A stretch of DNA of 64,000 nucleotides from the NCBI RefSeq assembly GCF_018977255.1, contig NW_024704742.1, positions 69,814,001 through 69,878,000 on the forward strand, read 5' to 3'. The notes below the pieces were generated by a model. It had not been told where the DNA came from and did not search any database. It worked only from the letters and a program-made list of their open reading frames with translations. The DNA is from Callorhinchus milii. Taxonomy: Eukaryota. The position numbers and the translations under genes were made by a program. Below are positions 27,035 through 40,195 of this stretch, one piece after another (within the stretch, counting starts at the first letter, position 1; each line of letters opens with the position of its first letter).

Positions 27035-28640
27035 ACAACAACAACTTGAATTTATATAGCGCCCTCCACGCCGGACGGCGTCTCAGAACGCTTTACAGTT
27101 TAGGATCCCAGGGCTGAGCCAGGGGGAGGGGGAGGAAGGTGACCGAAGGCGCAGTCGAAAAAAAAGGTCTTCAGCAGAGACCTGAAAATGGGAAGGGAGG
27201 GAGCGAGACGAAGGGAGTGAGGAAGGCAGTTCCAGAGCCTCAGGGCATAATGGCTGAAGGCACGGCCACCAAGGGTGGAGCAGAGGACTCGGGGGACGAG
27301 GAGGAGGCCAGACCCGGAGGAACGAAGGCAACGATGCGCCAGAGGTGGAAGAAAGCGGTGCTGGTGAGGGACCGGATGTGGAGGAGGAAGGATAATTGGG
27401 GGTCGAACCTGACGCCTAGGTTGCGTACGGGTTCAGAGAGTTTTAGGGGGAGGTCGGGTAGGTGGAGGAGATGAGAGCCGTGAGATTTTAGACGTTGACG
27501 GGAGCCAAAGAGTATGGATTCCATCTTGTCAAAGTTCAGCTGAAGGAAGTTTGCACTCATCCAGCCCCTGAGGTCTGACAGGCAGGCTGACAGAACATCA
27601 GGGGACTGAGGGTTGCAAAGAAAGGTGGAAAAATAGAGTTGGGTGTCATCTGCATACATGTGGAAATGTACCCCATGTCTGCGGATGACATCACCAAGAG
27701 GAGCATGTAGATCAGAACGAGGAGGGGGCCAAGGATGGATCCCTGGGGTACCCCGCAGATAACCGGGTGAGAGCGGGAGGAAAAGTCGTTTGTGAGATGT
27801 ACTGCTGGTGGTTTGTGAGGTAGGACTTGAACCAGGCGAGTGCGGTCCCACTGAGGCGGATGACGGAGGAAAGGCGGTGGAGGAGGATGGCGTGATCGAC
27901 TGGGTCAAACACGGCGGAGAGGTCCAGGAGGACAAGGAGGCAGAGGGAGCCCTGGTCACAGATAGAGAGGATGTCATTTGTGACTTTCACAAGCGCAGTC
28001 TCTGTACTGTGGGCAGGGGGGAAACCACACTGGAGGGGTTCGAAGAGGGAGTGGGAGGAGAGGTGTGCGCGAAGTTGGTTTGCAACAACACTTTCTAGAA
28101 CTTTTGAGAGGAAGGGTAGGTTAGAGATAGGGCAGTAGTGGCTGAGGTTTGAGGGATCTAGGGAGAATTTTTTCAGGAGGGGGGTGATGACAGCAGTTTT
28201 AAGGGAGGCAGAGACTGATCCGGAGGGAGGGACTGGTTAATAATGTCAGCAGAGGGGGAGTTGGGTGACCAGTAAGTTGGTGGAGAGGGGGTCGAGGCAG
28301 CAGATGGTGGGTTTCATGGAGGTGATGGTGGGTGAGAGGGAGGAGGAAGAGATGGGGAGGAAGGAATATGGAATGGGCGTGGTGGTAAGAGCAGATGATG
28401 AGGAAGGTGAGGAGAACAGAGAGGGCATGGTGGAGGGTGACAAGAGGCAGGTGGATGAGGCTGCCTGGCGGATGTTAAGTATTTTAGATGAAAAGAAGTC
28501 CATGACCTCCTCGCACTTGGTATTTGATACGAAGATTGAGGAGACCTGAGGGGGGGCACGGAGGAGGTAGTGGGTGGTGGAAAAAAGGATTTTAGGGTTG
28601 TATTTAGCTCCAAGATGATGTTGGAGTAGAAGGCCGTTTT
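27035..28640 (-). mobile_element. L2 LINE fragment with RT (an older L2 piece adjoins at about 26600-27030)
   Basis: [39 protein letters not shown] and (CAA)n tail at 27035. Confidence 0.9.
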
Positions 28641-29155
28641 TGGGACCAGAACAGTCTTGGTGCTGTAGGTTGAAATCATATTAGAGGGGTTCAAAGGAGA
28701 GTGGTTGGAGAGAAGTTAGGAGGCAACAACACATTCTAACAGTTTGGAAGGAAAGGATATATTGGAGATGGGTTAATTACAAGAGAGCATGGAGAAGTCT
28801 AGTGAAGTTCTTGACAAAATTAATATATCTTGAACATGCACGAGAAAACATGCAGTGAGACGTTTAATGCCTCATCCAATATCTGCACCTCCAAAAGTGC
28901 CATACTACTCCAGTACTATATTGGAGCATCAGCTTAGACTATGAGTTTGAGTCCTAATGTGGAGCTTGAATTGACAAACGCCTGATGCAGAAGTGACCAA
29001 TTTAGCCAGGCACCAAAGGATCACATACCTCTATTTTTTTGTTCTTCAAAAAAAAATGATGAACTTTGACTGTAAATGGCTACCATGCCATCTGAGGTGC
29101 ATTATACGGCAGTACTGTCTTGGGGAATTTTAGCATCAAAACCATGATCTGAAAT

Positions 29156-29510
29156 TATAATAATCCTTGCATTTGATACAGCGCTTTATCACGTCGTTGA
29201 GATATCTCAAAAGCGATTCACAAAATATACTGTAGAGTGAATTGACTGTAGATTTTGTGGGTGAAACACGGCAGCCAATTGTGCACAGCAGTGTCCCATA
29301 AACAGTCGTGGAGTGAGTGACCAAATTATTATTATTATTTTAAAGGGATTATTACCCACGGAAATCAATTAACAACTGAATTCCTATTAACTGCTAGGTA
29401 AACAGAAGGTGTAGAGTAAGAAAACTTGCCCACGATTTCGCCCCACCCATGAATCGAACCCGGGTCCTCGAGCTTGTGAGGCGAGTGCTCTAACCAATTT
29501 GCTACAGGAC
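29156..29510 (-). mobile_element. Older tRNA-headed Deu-type SINE, full length
   Basis: Tail at 29156, core, B box GAATCGAACCC, head ending GCTACAGGAC. Confidence 0.85.
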
Positions 29511-29914
29511 ATGAGTTATAAAAAAAATTTGTTGACCTTGTGCTCTCAATTTTGAGCATTTGGCTTCTCTGTGGATTTCCTCAATCAGTTTTTTGTTACA
29601 CGCTTCCTTTTTTTCATCCCTGAAGCCACACTGGCAGAAGAAACTGCTCCCCATCGATCGTCCAATTGCCTCTGGCTTAATCGTCACATCTCTGATCAGT
29701 TATGCCTTTTTAAATTGTGGCTTTCTCAGGGGGCAGATTTCTTTTTATAAACCATTTACAGACACTGTGTCTACAATTTTAGATTCCTCTCATCTTTTAT
29801 GGCTTAAGGCTATTTATTTTCAGAGCGCAAAATATTTGAAAAAATTTAAACCTCAGATGTTGTATGGGCCTGAGGACTTGGACTGTGAGAGCGAAACAGG
29901 AGGGCAATGGTTAC

Positions 29915-30180
29915 ACAAGAACATAACAAATTGCTAGACAAAAGAAGAGAAAGATCCATTCAGTTCGCCTTCCACCATCCTGGCAGTCGCTTGTCATGTC
30001 GTGTCCCAAACTGTATATTATATCCTGGGATATTATTTTCCAACAGAAATCTATCTAATTTGTTTTTAAAACAAACAACACTTTCTGCTTCCACCGTCTC
30101 CCTAGGCAGCCTGTTCCATACGTTTAGTACTCGCTCACTGAAGTAGTGTTTCAGCAGATTTGATTCGAATTTAAGCCCCC
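29915..30180 (-). mobile_element. CR1-clade LINE 3' end (related tail at about 43120-43233 on +)
   Basis: YFSERVLNVWNRLPRETVEAESVVCFKNKLDRFL is the typical CR1 ORF2 C-terminus; TTATGTTCTT tail. Confidence 0.85.
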
Positions 30181-33100
30181 CTTCGATTGCAGGCCACATC
30201 CTCTGGTTCGAATGTTCAGTACACGATAAAACAGCTCATCGCGGTCTGCATTATCTGTACCTTCAGAATCTTACAGACCATTGATCCAGATCTCTCCTTC
30301 TCCTTTCACCACCGTGAGCAGCTAATTTGTGCACATTTATGTCCCACAAAAAGGAGCAGTGAGTACTTTCAACATAGAATCCTTGAACTTTACCACAAAA
30401 TATATCTGAACTCTGAACTCACAATCCAGGCTGACACTCCAGTGCAGCTCCGGGGGGAACGAGGCACTGTGGGAGGGAGCGTCCTTCACATGAGACGTTA
30501 AACTGAGGTCCTGTCAATGCCTGTCCAAGTGGATGTTAATGTTCCCCTGGCGCAATTCATAACGAGAAGAGAATTTCTCCCAGTGTCCTGGACAATAATC
30601 CCCCAGATAATAATTGGCCATTTACTTCATGTAGCAAATTGGATTCTTATAGCATATTGGTTTGATTTCCTGCCAGGGCGAAACGTTGGGCAAGTTTCCT
30701 TACTCCACAAGCCTCTGTCTACCTAGGAAGTAAGTAGGAGCCCGGTTGTTAGTCGATTGGCAGATCACTTTTCCGAAATAATAATCCCTTCAAAAAAATA
30801 ACAATTTGGTCACTCAATCCAAGACTGTTTGTGGGACACTGCTCTACACAATTGGCTGCTGTGTTTCGTCGCCTAAATATACAGTTAATTCACTTTACAG
30901 TATATTTTGTGAAGCACTCTGAGACAACTCAAAAATGCAATAAGGCTCTGTATGAAATGCAAGGATTATTATTGTACTGTGCACAAATTGGCTGTCGCAA
31001 CAAACAGTCACTTCATTCTTACAATAAATCCTGTGAAGTGCTTCGTGATAATAATAATAATAAGCCTTGCATTTAATAAAGCGCCTTATCATAACATTGA
31101 GAAAATAGCATTTCACAGAATATGTTGTGCAATGGAACGACTATATTTTGTGAGCAAGATGCCCTCCCGACATGAAGGGAAAAATTGCAAAGATTAATTT
31201 ATTATTATCAATTAAGTCTGCCCTGTTTGTTTGATCCCATTCTACTTCCCCCACAGCCCTCAGCATTCCTCCTCTTCAAAAATCAAATTCCCTGATAAAG
31301 AACTCTGCTTCAGCTACAACTTGGAGCACAGAATACCACATTCCAACCACACTGTGTGTATTCCTGTCATTCCCAAGCAAAAGCAAAGAAACCACTTATA
31401 AAAGTTTTATGGGTTAGCTCTCAAACATGAAGCCACATGTGCAGCATGCAAAGCAGAATGTGAAAGAAAATCAACAAATATCGACAAACATTGACAAAGA
31501 AAATCGCTCCTGTGATAAACTGAATAATAATAATAATAATCATTGCATTTGATATTGCCCCATATCACATTGTTGAAACATCTCAAAACGCTTCATAAGA
31601 TTTACTGCAAAAGTGACTATTTTTGTAGGCAAACATGGCAACCAATTTACAAACAGACCATACACAAACAAACACACACACACACAAACACAATTTGGAA
31701 AGAGTTTCTCCTGGAGTCCTACACAACAAATTCCAGATAAATTGGTCAGTCACCCCCTGTTTGTAGGACATAAATGTGCACAAATTGGCTGCTATGTTCA
31801 CCTACAAATACAGTCAGTACATATTACAGAAAACTCTGATGCACTTTGAAACGTTTTGGCGTGACAAGATGCTATATCAAATGCAAGTATGAATAACTCA
31901 AACCCTTCAACAAGCCGGTTACACACTTAAGGTAATGATTGTGCATTTTGTACAAGAAAACTTATACAGCAAAACAACTAAGAGTAAATTTGTGCTCCCC
32001 TCCTGACCCCAGTCAAGCTTTCAGATGTCCACTTGAGCAAATTTAAAATGATTTTCTTTCATTTACTGCCCTCCAAGATGAAGATAGATACACCAAAATA
32101 TGTTAAGTGGTTAGAATTATCAGAAAAAACACCCTTAAGCACTGAAGCAGCACAAAGCCGGGCAGTAAAAGACCATTTAAATCAAATCTATGCTTGTGAC
32201 ATTGCAAAGATGGAGCAATGGCACCAAATTGATTTGACTCACATTGGTCGCCAATGGTGATATGAATCATTTTTAAATTTCAGCTTCTCCGCTCAAACTC
32301 AATCAGAAATAAGCAAGACGTGGCTGTAAATACACCTTCAGAAAATCAATTCACACAATAATTGTACTGTATAGTAGCTATACTGTTTGAACTTGCAACA
32401 AAGTGCTCCAAATTTAGTTTGATAATAGCCTATCAACCAAATTGCTTTGATGCTGCAGTTCAATTTAACACTAAGCTACAATAATGTCCTTCAGTGTTCA
32501 ACATTCCTATTTAACCAATCTGTTTTCTTTTTTTAAAAATCTAACAGCAAAAACACAGAAGAGCACAGCTTCAATGTGCAACCAACAATTTGGCTAATTG
32601 TGTGAAGCTCTGGCATTAGCCAGGCTCAGAGTCTCACCCCTGGGTCAGAAGGCCGTGGGTTCACACCACACAATAGGACATGAGCCCAGTCTAGGCTGGC
32701 CATTTCAGTATGGTCGGGGGGTGGGGGGAGACTGAATTATCAGAGGTTCAGCCTATCAAAAATATCTTTCAGTTGAAAAAGTAAAGAGTTTCCGTCAACC
32801 TGGTCTATGACATACACAAACAAAAAACCACTATGCTTGAGTCACCCCCCCCCCTCTTACCCAATTTCTTAGAATTTAGGCACGGTTAACAAGAAGTTTT
32901 TTTTTGGTCAGTGGGTGTCTGACACAAGCGGAAACCCATCACCATGTGCTTAAGAGTATCCAAACCAAACTAAGAATTCCATGCATTTATCATGGAAATT
33001 CCAGAGATAAATGGAATGCGTACTCTCTCCTGGTTCTTGGCAAGAGGCAAGACTTGAGGACCCCAGTGTGTATATTGGATTACCGCTGGACTCCAGCAAA

Positions 33101-36100
33101 AATCGTACAAGCAAATGTTTGCCTAGCTAGGGCCACTCCTGGCAGGGCTTTGGCTTTCAAGGTTATCAAGTGTGTCACCTTGGAGCTAACTCAACCCTAA
33201 ATAGACCCTGTTTACCTCCCTCATCCCCTCAGGATAACCACTGGTTGTCCATGAAAAATAACTAACACAGGTTTTAGCCATCACAGATAGCAGGTACCAA
33301 TAACTTTTTGCCAGCCATATGGGAACACAACAGTATCAGCATATGAGGTGGGAATTTCTTCAGCATATGCTTTGACTTCACTTCCACATTCGAGAGCCCT
33401 GATGCGGAAAAGCACGCATAATCCATATAAGAACCCTTGCATTTAAAACAGCGCCTCCACATAATTGCTGCCAAGTGTAGTACGGTAGGCAAATACTTGG
33501 GGATATTTTGTCCATTACGCACTGTGCTGTATATACCTGTAAAGTTCTTTAAGAAACATTGCCTGCCTCCACCACCACCACCCCTTGGGCCACCAAGACC
33601 CTCAACCACATTTGGCCAACGATCTGCTCGCTGGACTCTTCAACTCTTCCTTAAACAGGATGCAGACTATCCACAACTTTGCAGGCTGTGTCCTTGTCCA
33701 CACCTGCCTCTGCAAGCCTCTCACTCCCATCCACTGCTCCATTGGCTCCCTATCCCCCAGCGGATTGAGTTCAAGATTCTCATTCTCACCTTTAAATCCA
33801 TCCTTAGTCTCGACCCATGCTACATCTGTGACTTCTTTTAAACCTAACAGCCCAGCCACTTCCTTTGCTCAGTGAGCACAGGCCTGCTTTGTGTTTCCTT
33901 CTCAATCCAACCATCCACAGGCAAGCATCCAGCCATTCGGCCCCCACTCTTTGGAATTTCATCCCGGAATCCATCCAACTCATTCCCTCCCTTTATTCAA
34001 GGGGAGTTTCAGTTATCTTTCCCTTCCCCTTGGCTCCCAATCCCAGCTCGGTGCCCATCCAACAAAAAATTGCATTTATATAGCAACTTTCACGCAGAGA
34101 GCATCTCAAAGAGCTTAACAATGGCGGAGCTTGACACCGAGCTGGGGAAAACAGAGATGACCATAGGAAGAGGAACGACGAGGAAGGTCGACAAGGAAGC
34201 TCTTTAGATGCAACTGAAGCTGGCAAGGAGGGGGCAAGTTAGAGAGCTTAAGGTCTCTACGGTAGATTCCTGCTTCAAATCTACTGCAGTGAAATATAGC
34301 TTCAATGCGACGTTTTCCATGATAGCCATTCTGTCCCCATTGAAGTATGATTGTCAACAGTGGTTGAAACCACAGTCGATCATGGCAGAGTACTTTAAAA
34401 CATCCTCCCATGGTGAAAGGCGCTGTATAAATGTTAATTGTATTGCACTGTAATATATTGTGATGTCATAGAAAAATATGCAAGTTCTTTTAAAGTTTTG
34501 AAAACATTAACAGATAAATTAACTCATTTGTCACATACATGATTGGCTTCAAATACAAGCACCTCAAAGCGATGCCACCCACCCATACATCAGAGAGATG
34601 ATGATTTTGTAGGCTCATGAATAATAGATGCAAAGGAATCAGTGAACCTTTCTGGATGAATTTTGTGTTCATTAAAACAGAAGCACTTCCCTTGTTTCAG
34701 CCTCATGCGATTAGGCACAGCCCTTAGCTAACACAGTAAAGTTCATTCCTGCTTCAAATCTACCGCAGTGAAATATAGCTTCAATGCGATGTTTTCCATA
34801 ATGCGTGATAGCCATTCTTTGCTCATCAAAGTGTGATTGTTAACAGTGCCAATGCAGAGGGAATCTGTGATGCTCCAACAATTGTTTGGGTCAATTGACT
34901 TTAGCTGCCAATTCCAACCGTAAGTGGTATGCATGGAACACTTAGTCTGATTTGGATACTGTTAAGCACGGCAATGGGTTTTCACATGAGTCAACAACAA
35001 GCTGACCAAAAAAAAATCCCCTGGTTAAATTGGTCCTTCATGTGATGGTGGTTTCTGTGTAGATGCTACAAAAACCTCTCTCTATGTGAGAAGAATTACA
35101 TTTGCGCTTTGTGGTGTTCGATATAGTATGGCAATGGAAAAATGCAAGTGCGTTCTTTCTAATGGAGCAGGTTTTGTGGCAAAAATGGGTGTTTCCACCC
35201 ACTTTGGTGTGACGATTGGGGGTGAGAAGACCAGCTCCTCACTCTCAGCACTTCCCCTTCGGGCAGCAGAAGTGTAAGCCCTTCTCTTTCTTCAATCCAT
35301 TCTGTGGAATTTTAGGAATAAACTCACTTTGGTGAAACTAACACATCCTAGCAGAGGTCAACGAAATTGACACAATGATCAGAATTTTAACAACATGCTC
35401 TAAATTTATAAATTGTCTTTGATGTAGGACCAACAATTCAAAGCATTTGAAGCATATCAATGAGAATCAGCAAGGTGAGGGGAAATGTGAGAGGTTCAGT
35501 AAAGCCACAAACATGTTTTAAGGTTTTGAAGGCAGGGAGTGAAGGTGCAAGAAAAAGCGGTTTAGGAGGGAGTGCCAGAGAGTTAGGAGGGAGGGAGAAA
35601 GGGGAGTATGAATCTCAAATCTCTCTCAAATGCAAGGATTATTATTATATCAAACACAGCACTAGGATACAAAGCAGTAGCTGAAGTAAATAACCTTTTT
35701 CTAAGAGAGAGCAGAATCTTAAGAATGTAATGTAAGAATGTCATCCCATTGAGTTTACTATATCATTCTATTATCTCATAGAAGCTCTTTATCCTTCTAA
35801 TCCCATTTACTTGCTATTCCTCCACATCCCTAGCAGTCTCCAACTGAAACCACTTCAATGATTTTGCATCAATGTGATCTTCTAGGGCAGTGCATTCCAC
35901 ATTCTCTTCAATTAATGTTTTATGTGCTCTTAATAAACCATAATATGTTCATTTGCTAATAAAAATTGAAAAAAAATTCAGTAGCTTTCCAAAATCACAA
36001 TAAGCCTTGCATTTGATGAATATAAGCCTTGCCTTATCGTGTCATTAAGATGTCTCAAAGCTCTTCACAGTATATATAGTAAAGTGGATTGACTGTATTT

Positions 36101-36297
36101 TGTGGATGAAACACAGCGGCCAACTTAAAAAGAACAAGTCATTGAAACGTTCCAAACTGTAAAGTGGCTGTTTTGTTGACAATCACAGCAGCCAATTTAC
36201 ACACAGCAATGTCCCACAAACAGCCACTCAGTGAGTGACTTATTTGGGGGATTGTTGGCTAAGACACCGGGAGAAACTCCCTTCTCATTTACTACCT

Positions 36298-36913
36298 CAC
36301 CCCTCAGGCCGCTGAAACTTTTGTTTATGCCTTCATCACCTCCAGGCTCGAAATTGCAAATGCTCTGCTTGTCGGCCTTCCCAACTCCTCCCTCCACAGG
36401 CTGCAGATAATCCAGAACTCTGCAGCCCGTGTCCTCTTCCGCACCAAACTCCGTGACCCCATCTCCCCCACTCTCCCCGACTCCATTGGCTCCCTATCCT
36501 TCAGAGGATCCAGTTCAAGATCCTGGTCCTCACTTACAAAGCCCTCCATGGATTCACCCCACCCTAACTCTCCGACCTCCTAACCCCCTACCAACCCTCC
36601 TGCTCCCTCAGCTCAGCCGGCTCTGGCCTACTCCACGTCCCCCAACCCACCCGCCCCACCATTGGTGGGAGAGCCTTCAGCCACTCTGCCTCCAACCTCT
36701 GGAATTCCATCCCTCAATCACTCCACCTCACCCCCTCCTTAGCCTCCTTCAAGTCCCGCCTCAAGACCCTCCTGTTCGACCATGCCATCGGCCACCCCCC
36801 TTCCCCTCTCCCCACCAACCCCTGCTTGGGTCTGAAATGCTGTACACTGTCCAGCGCCTTGGGACGTCCTCCCAACATGAAAGGTGCTACACAAATGTAA
36901 TCTTGTTGTTGTT
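36298..36913 (+). mobile_element. L2 3' fragment inserted in a SINE
   Basis: CAGATAATCCAGAACTCTGCAGCCCGT through to the (TTG)n tail; SINE sequence resumes as GAATAGTGCCATGGGAT. Confidence 0.85.
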
Positions 36914-37337
36914 GAATAGTGCCATGGGATTGTTAATGTCCACCTCAACCAGCAGACAGGACCTCAATTTAATGTCTCAACCATTCATTCAAACAGTGGT
37001 CAGCCTGTATTTACTCAAACAGACCATTATGCATATCTGCTTTGTCGTTGTTAAGGGAATTTATTTTATAAAGTTGAAATGTGGACGGGACAAAATGAAT
37101 GGCCAATTAATTGGTTTGGTTTTGGTGAATTTGAATGTGGAGGAATATTGTCCAGGACACAAAGGGGATATAGTCTAACAAATTAGAGAGAAGTTGGTTA
37201 GAAATGAACTCAGAAGACATTTCTGGACATATAGGGCTTTGTGAACATGGCATGCACTGGCCCAGTTGGCATTAGATGTAGAATCGCCTGATAAAAAACA
37301 GTTGAGAAGTAGGGGTAGAACCAGAACAAATTACAAC

Positions 37338-37418
37338 CGTTCTGATGAAGGGTCGTGGACCCGAAACGTTGACTCATTTTTCTTTCTCCATAGATGCTGC
37401 CTCACCTGCTGAGTGTTC
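37338..37418 (+). mobile_element. Penelope-type terminal fragment with minimal hammerhead motif (left part; right part at 40556-40620)
   Basis: CTGATGA-A-GGGTC-GTG-GACCC-GAAAC-GTT, followed by sequence homologous to the arm of the 54665-54871 element. It resumes as TGTTCCCAGCGACTTCTGC after the L2 insertion. Confidence 0.7.
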
Positions 37419-38168
37419 AACCTCGCGACTTCAACATCCACTTCACCCTCTCCTGCTCCACCTCCTCTCTCAACCTCTCTCTCCACATCCACCCTGCTAC
37501 CCACACCCACGGTCACCCACTCGACCTGGTAATCACCCAGGGCCTCAGCGTCCCGGATGTCACCAGGCCATCTCTGACCACCATTTCATCTCCCTCAACT
37601 CCCATATCCCTCTCCCCACTGCTTCCAAACCTACCACCATCTTCTACCGTCCTAGAAGAAGATCTCCCCGTAATCCCTCTCCCCTGCCCTGGAGTCATCT
37701 GAACTTCTCCCCCTCTGGCCCACCTCTTGCAACAACCACTCACTGACTCAATCTTCTCCACAGCACCCTCTTCACCACACTCGACGTCCTTGCCCCCCTC
37801 ACCTCCCTCACCGCCTCCTATTTCCGATCCTCACCCTGTTTCACCAGCCACCTCCGTTTGCTTAAGGGCCAGGTGAGGTCTGCCGAATGCAATTGGCTCA
37901 AATCCGGCCTAACGGTCCACCGCCACATCTGGCTGGACCTCATCAAGACCTACCACTCCTCTCTCACCTCAGCCAAATCGTCCTTCTATTCCAGGTTAAT
38001 CCTGGAGGCAAAGGGCAACCCCAGACTCCTGCTCTCCACCACTAACCGGCTCCTCCACCCTCCCCAACAAGCCTCGCAGATACTTTCCTCTGACTCTCAC
38101 TGCGAGAAAATGCTGGACTTCCTCGAGTCCAAAATTGAGGGAATCCGCTCAGCTGCCACTACCCTCCC

Positions 38169-38482
38169 AGTCCTGTAGCTCAGTGGTTAGAGCACTCGCT
38201 TTGCAAGTGAGACACCTGAGTTCAATTCCAGGCAGAGGGCGAAACCTTGGGCAAGTTTCCTTACTCCACACAGAGCCTAATAATAATCCCTCCAAAAAAA
38301 AACAATAATAAATTGGTCATTTTCAATCTACGACTGTTTGTTGGACATTGCTGTGCGCAATTGGCTGCCGCGTTCGCCCACAAATATACAGTCAATTCAC
38401 TTTACAGTATATTCTGTGAAGCGCTTTGGGACGTCCTCCCGACGTGAAAAGCGCTATATCAAATGCAAGGATTATTATTATA
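38169..38482 (+). mobile_element. Young tRNA(Ala-like)-headed Deu-type SINE
   Basis: A box TAGCTCAGTGG, anticodon arm CTCGC-TTTGCAA-GTGAG, B-box-like GAGTTCAATTCC, Deu-like core GCTGTGCGCAATTGGCTGCCGCGTT, L2-like tail and (ATT)n end. Confidence 0.9.
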
Positions 38483-39866
38483 ACTTCCACTCCCTCCCTA
38501 TCCCCACTCCACATAATTACCCATCCGACAATTATCCATCCCTCACTCCACACCTTTGAGCCTGTCACCCCCTCCTCTGTCTTCAACACGGTAATTTCCA
38601 TGAAATCCACCAACTGCTCCCTGGACCCCATCCCCACCCCTCTCCTTTAAACCCCAGCTCCACCTCCTTGCCCCACTACTCGCCGACATCATTAACCTCT
38701 GTCTGTCATCTGGCACTGTTCCTTCCCCCCTCAAAACAACCACTATCACCCCCACCTTGAAGAAACCTTCCCTCAACCCATCACAGCTGTCTAACTACCG
38801 GCCCATCTCAAATCTCCCCATCCTATCCAAGGTCCTTGAGAGAGTCATTGCCTCCCAGCTTCACTCTTTCCTCTCCTCTCACTCTATGAACCCCTCCAAT
38901 CGGGTTTCAGTGCTGCCCACAGCACGGAATCTGCTCTGGTCAAGGTCACAAATGACATCCTGACCACGTGTGACCAGGGCTCCCTCTGCCTCCTCGTCCT
39001 CTCGGCCGCCTTTGACACCGTGGACCACTCAATCCTCCTGCACCGCCTCTCCTCCCACCTCAACCCTTAAGGTTCTGTCCTTAGCTGGTTCAGATCCTAC
39101 CTTTCACACCATATCCACTTCGTCGCGGCAAACGGTTTCTCCTCCACCCCCCGTACTGTCTCGTGCGGTGTTCCTCAGGGTTCTGTCCTCGGTCCCCTCC
39201 TCTTCACCCTCTACATGCTCCCCTCTTGGTGACATCATCCGCAGACATGGGGTAAATTTCCACATGTATGCGGATGACACCCAACTCTACCTCTCTGTCT
39301 CCACCCTCAACTCCAGGAATATTGGCGTCCTGACCAACTGCCTGTCTGACATCAAGTCCTGGACGAGGATCAACTTTCTCCAACTCAAAGTCAGCAAGGC
39401 CGAGGCCCTCTTGATTGGCTCGCGCCAGCATCTCCACACCTCAGGCGCTGGCAGCATCAGCCTCCGCGGCTGCACACTCAACCTGGGTATCCTGTTTGAC
39501 CCTGAATTGTCCTTTCTCCCCCACATCCGCGCCACGACTGACATTGCCTACCACCACCTCCACAACACTGCCAGACTCCGCCACTGCCTCACCCCTCAGG
39601 CTGCCGAAACCCTCACCCACACATTCGTCACATCAAGGCTCGATTACGGGAACTCCTTCCTCATCGGCCTTCCCAACTCTTCCCTTCACAAGCTGCAGAT
39701 CATCCAAAACTCTGCAGCTCGTGTGCTCTCAGGCACCAGGCTCCGTGACCCCGTCACTCCCACCCTCGCCCGACTCCACTGCTCCCCATCCCCCAGAGGA
39801 TCGAGTTCAAGATTGTCGTCCTCACCGTTAAGGCCATCCATGGCCTTGCCCCCTCCTACCTCTCTG

Positions 39867-40195
39867 ATAATAATAATAATAATAATAATCCTTGCATTTG
39901 ATATAGCGCTTTTCACGTCGGGAGGACGTCCCAAAGCGCTTCACAGAACACACTGTAAAGTGATTTGACTGTATATTTGTGGGCGAACGCGGCAGCCAAT
40001 TGCGCACAGCAATGTCCCACAAACAATCGTAGATTGAAAATGACCAATTTATTATTGTTTTGGGTTTGGAGGGATTATTATTAGGCTCTGTGTGGAGTAA
40101 GGAAACTTGCCCAAGGTTTCGCCCTCTGCCTGGAATTGAACTCAGGTCTCTCGCTTGCAAAGCGAGTGCTCTAACCACTGAGCTACAGGACTCCA
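39867..40195 (-). mobile_element. Young tRNA-headed Deu-type SINE inserted in L2
   Basis: Near-identical reverse complement of 38169-38482, with short duplication CTGAT at 39864-39868 and 40201-40205. Confidence 0.9.

Noticed and set aside
38169..38240. tRNA-Ala-like sequence (also at other SINE heads)
   Set aside because: No proper acceptor stem, and it continues directly into SINE body and tail; it is a SINE head, not a tRNA gene.
38970..39968. 332-aa ORF with YADD as an intact reverse transcriptase gene
   Set aside because: Frameshifted, 5'-truncated and SINE-interrupted L2 relic; the same applies to ORFs 27240..27977 and 59058..59654.
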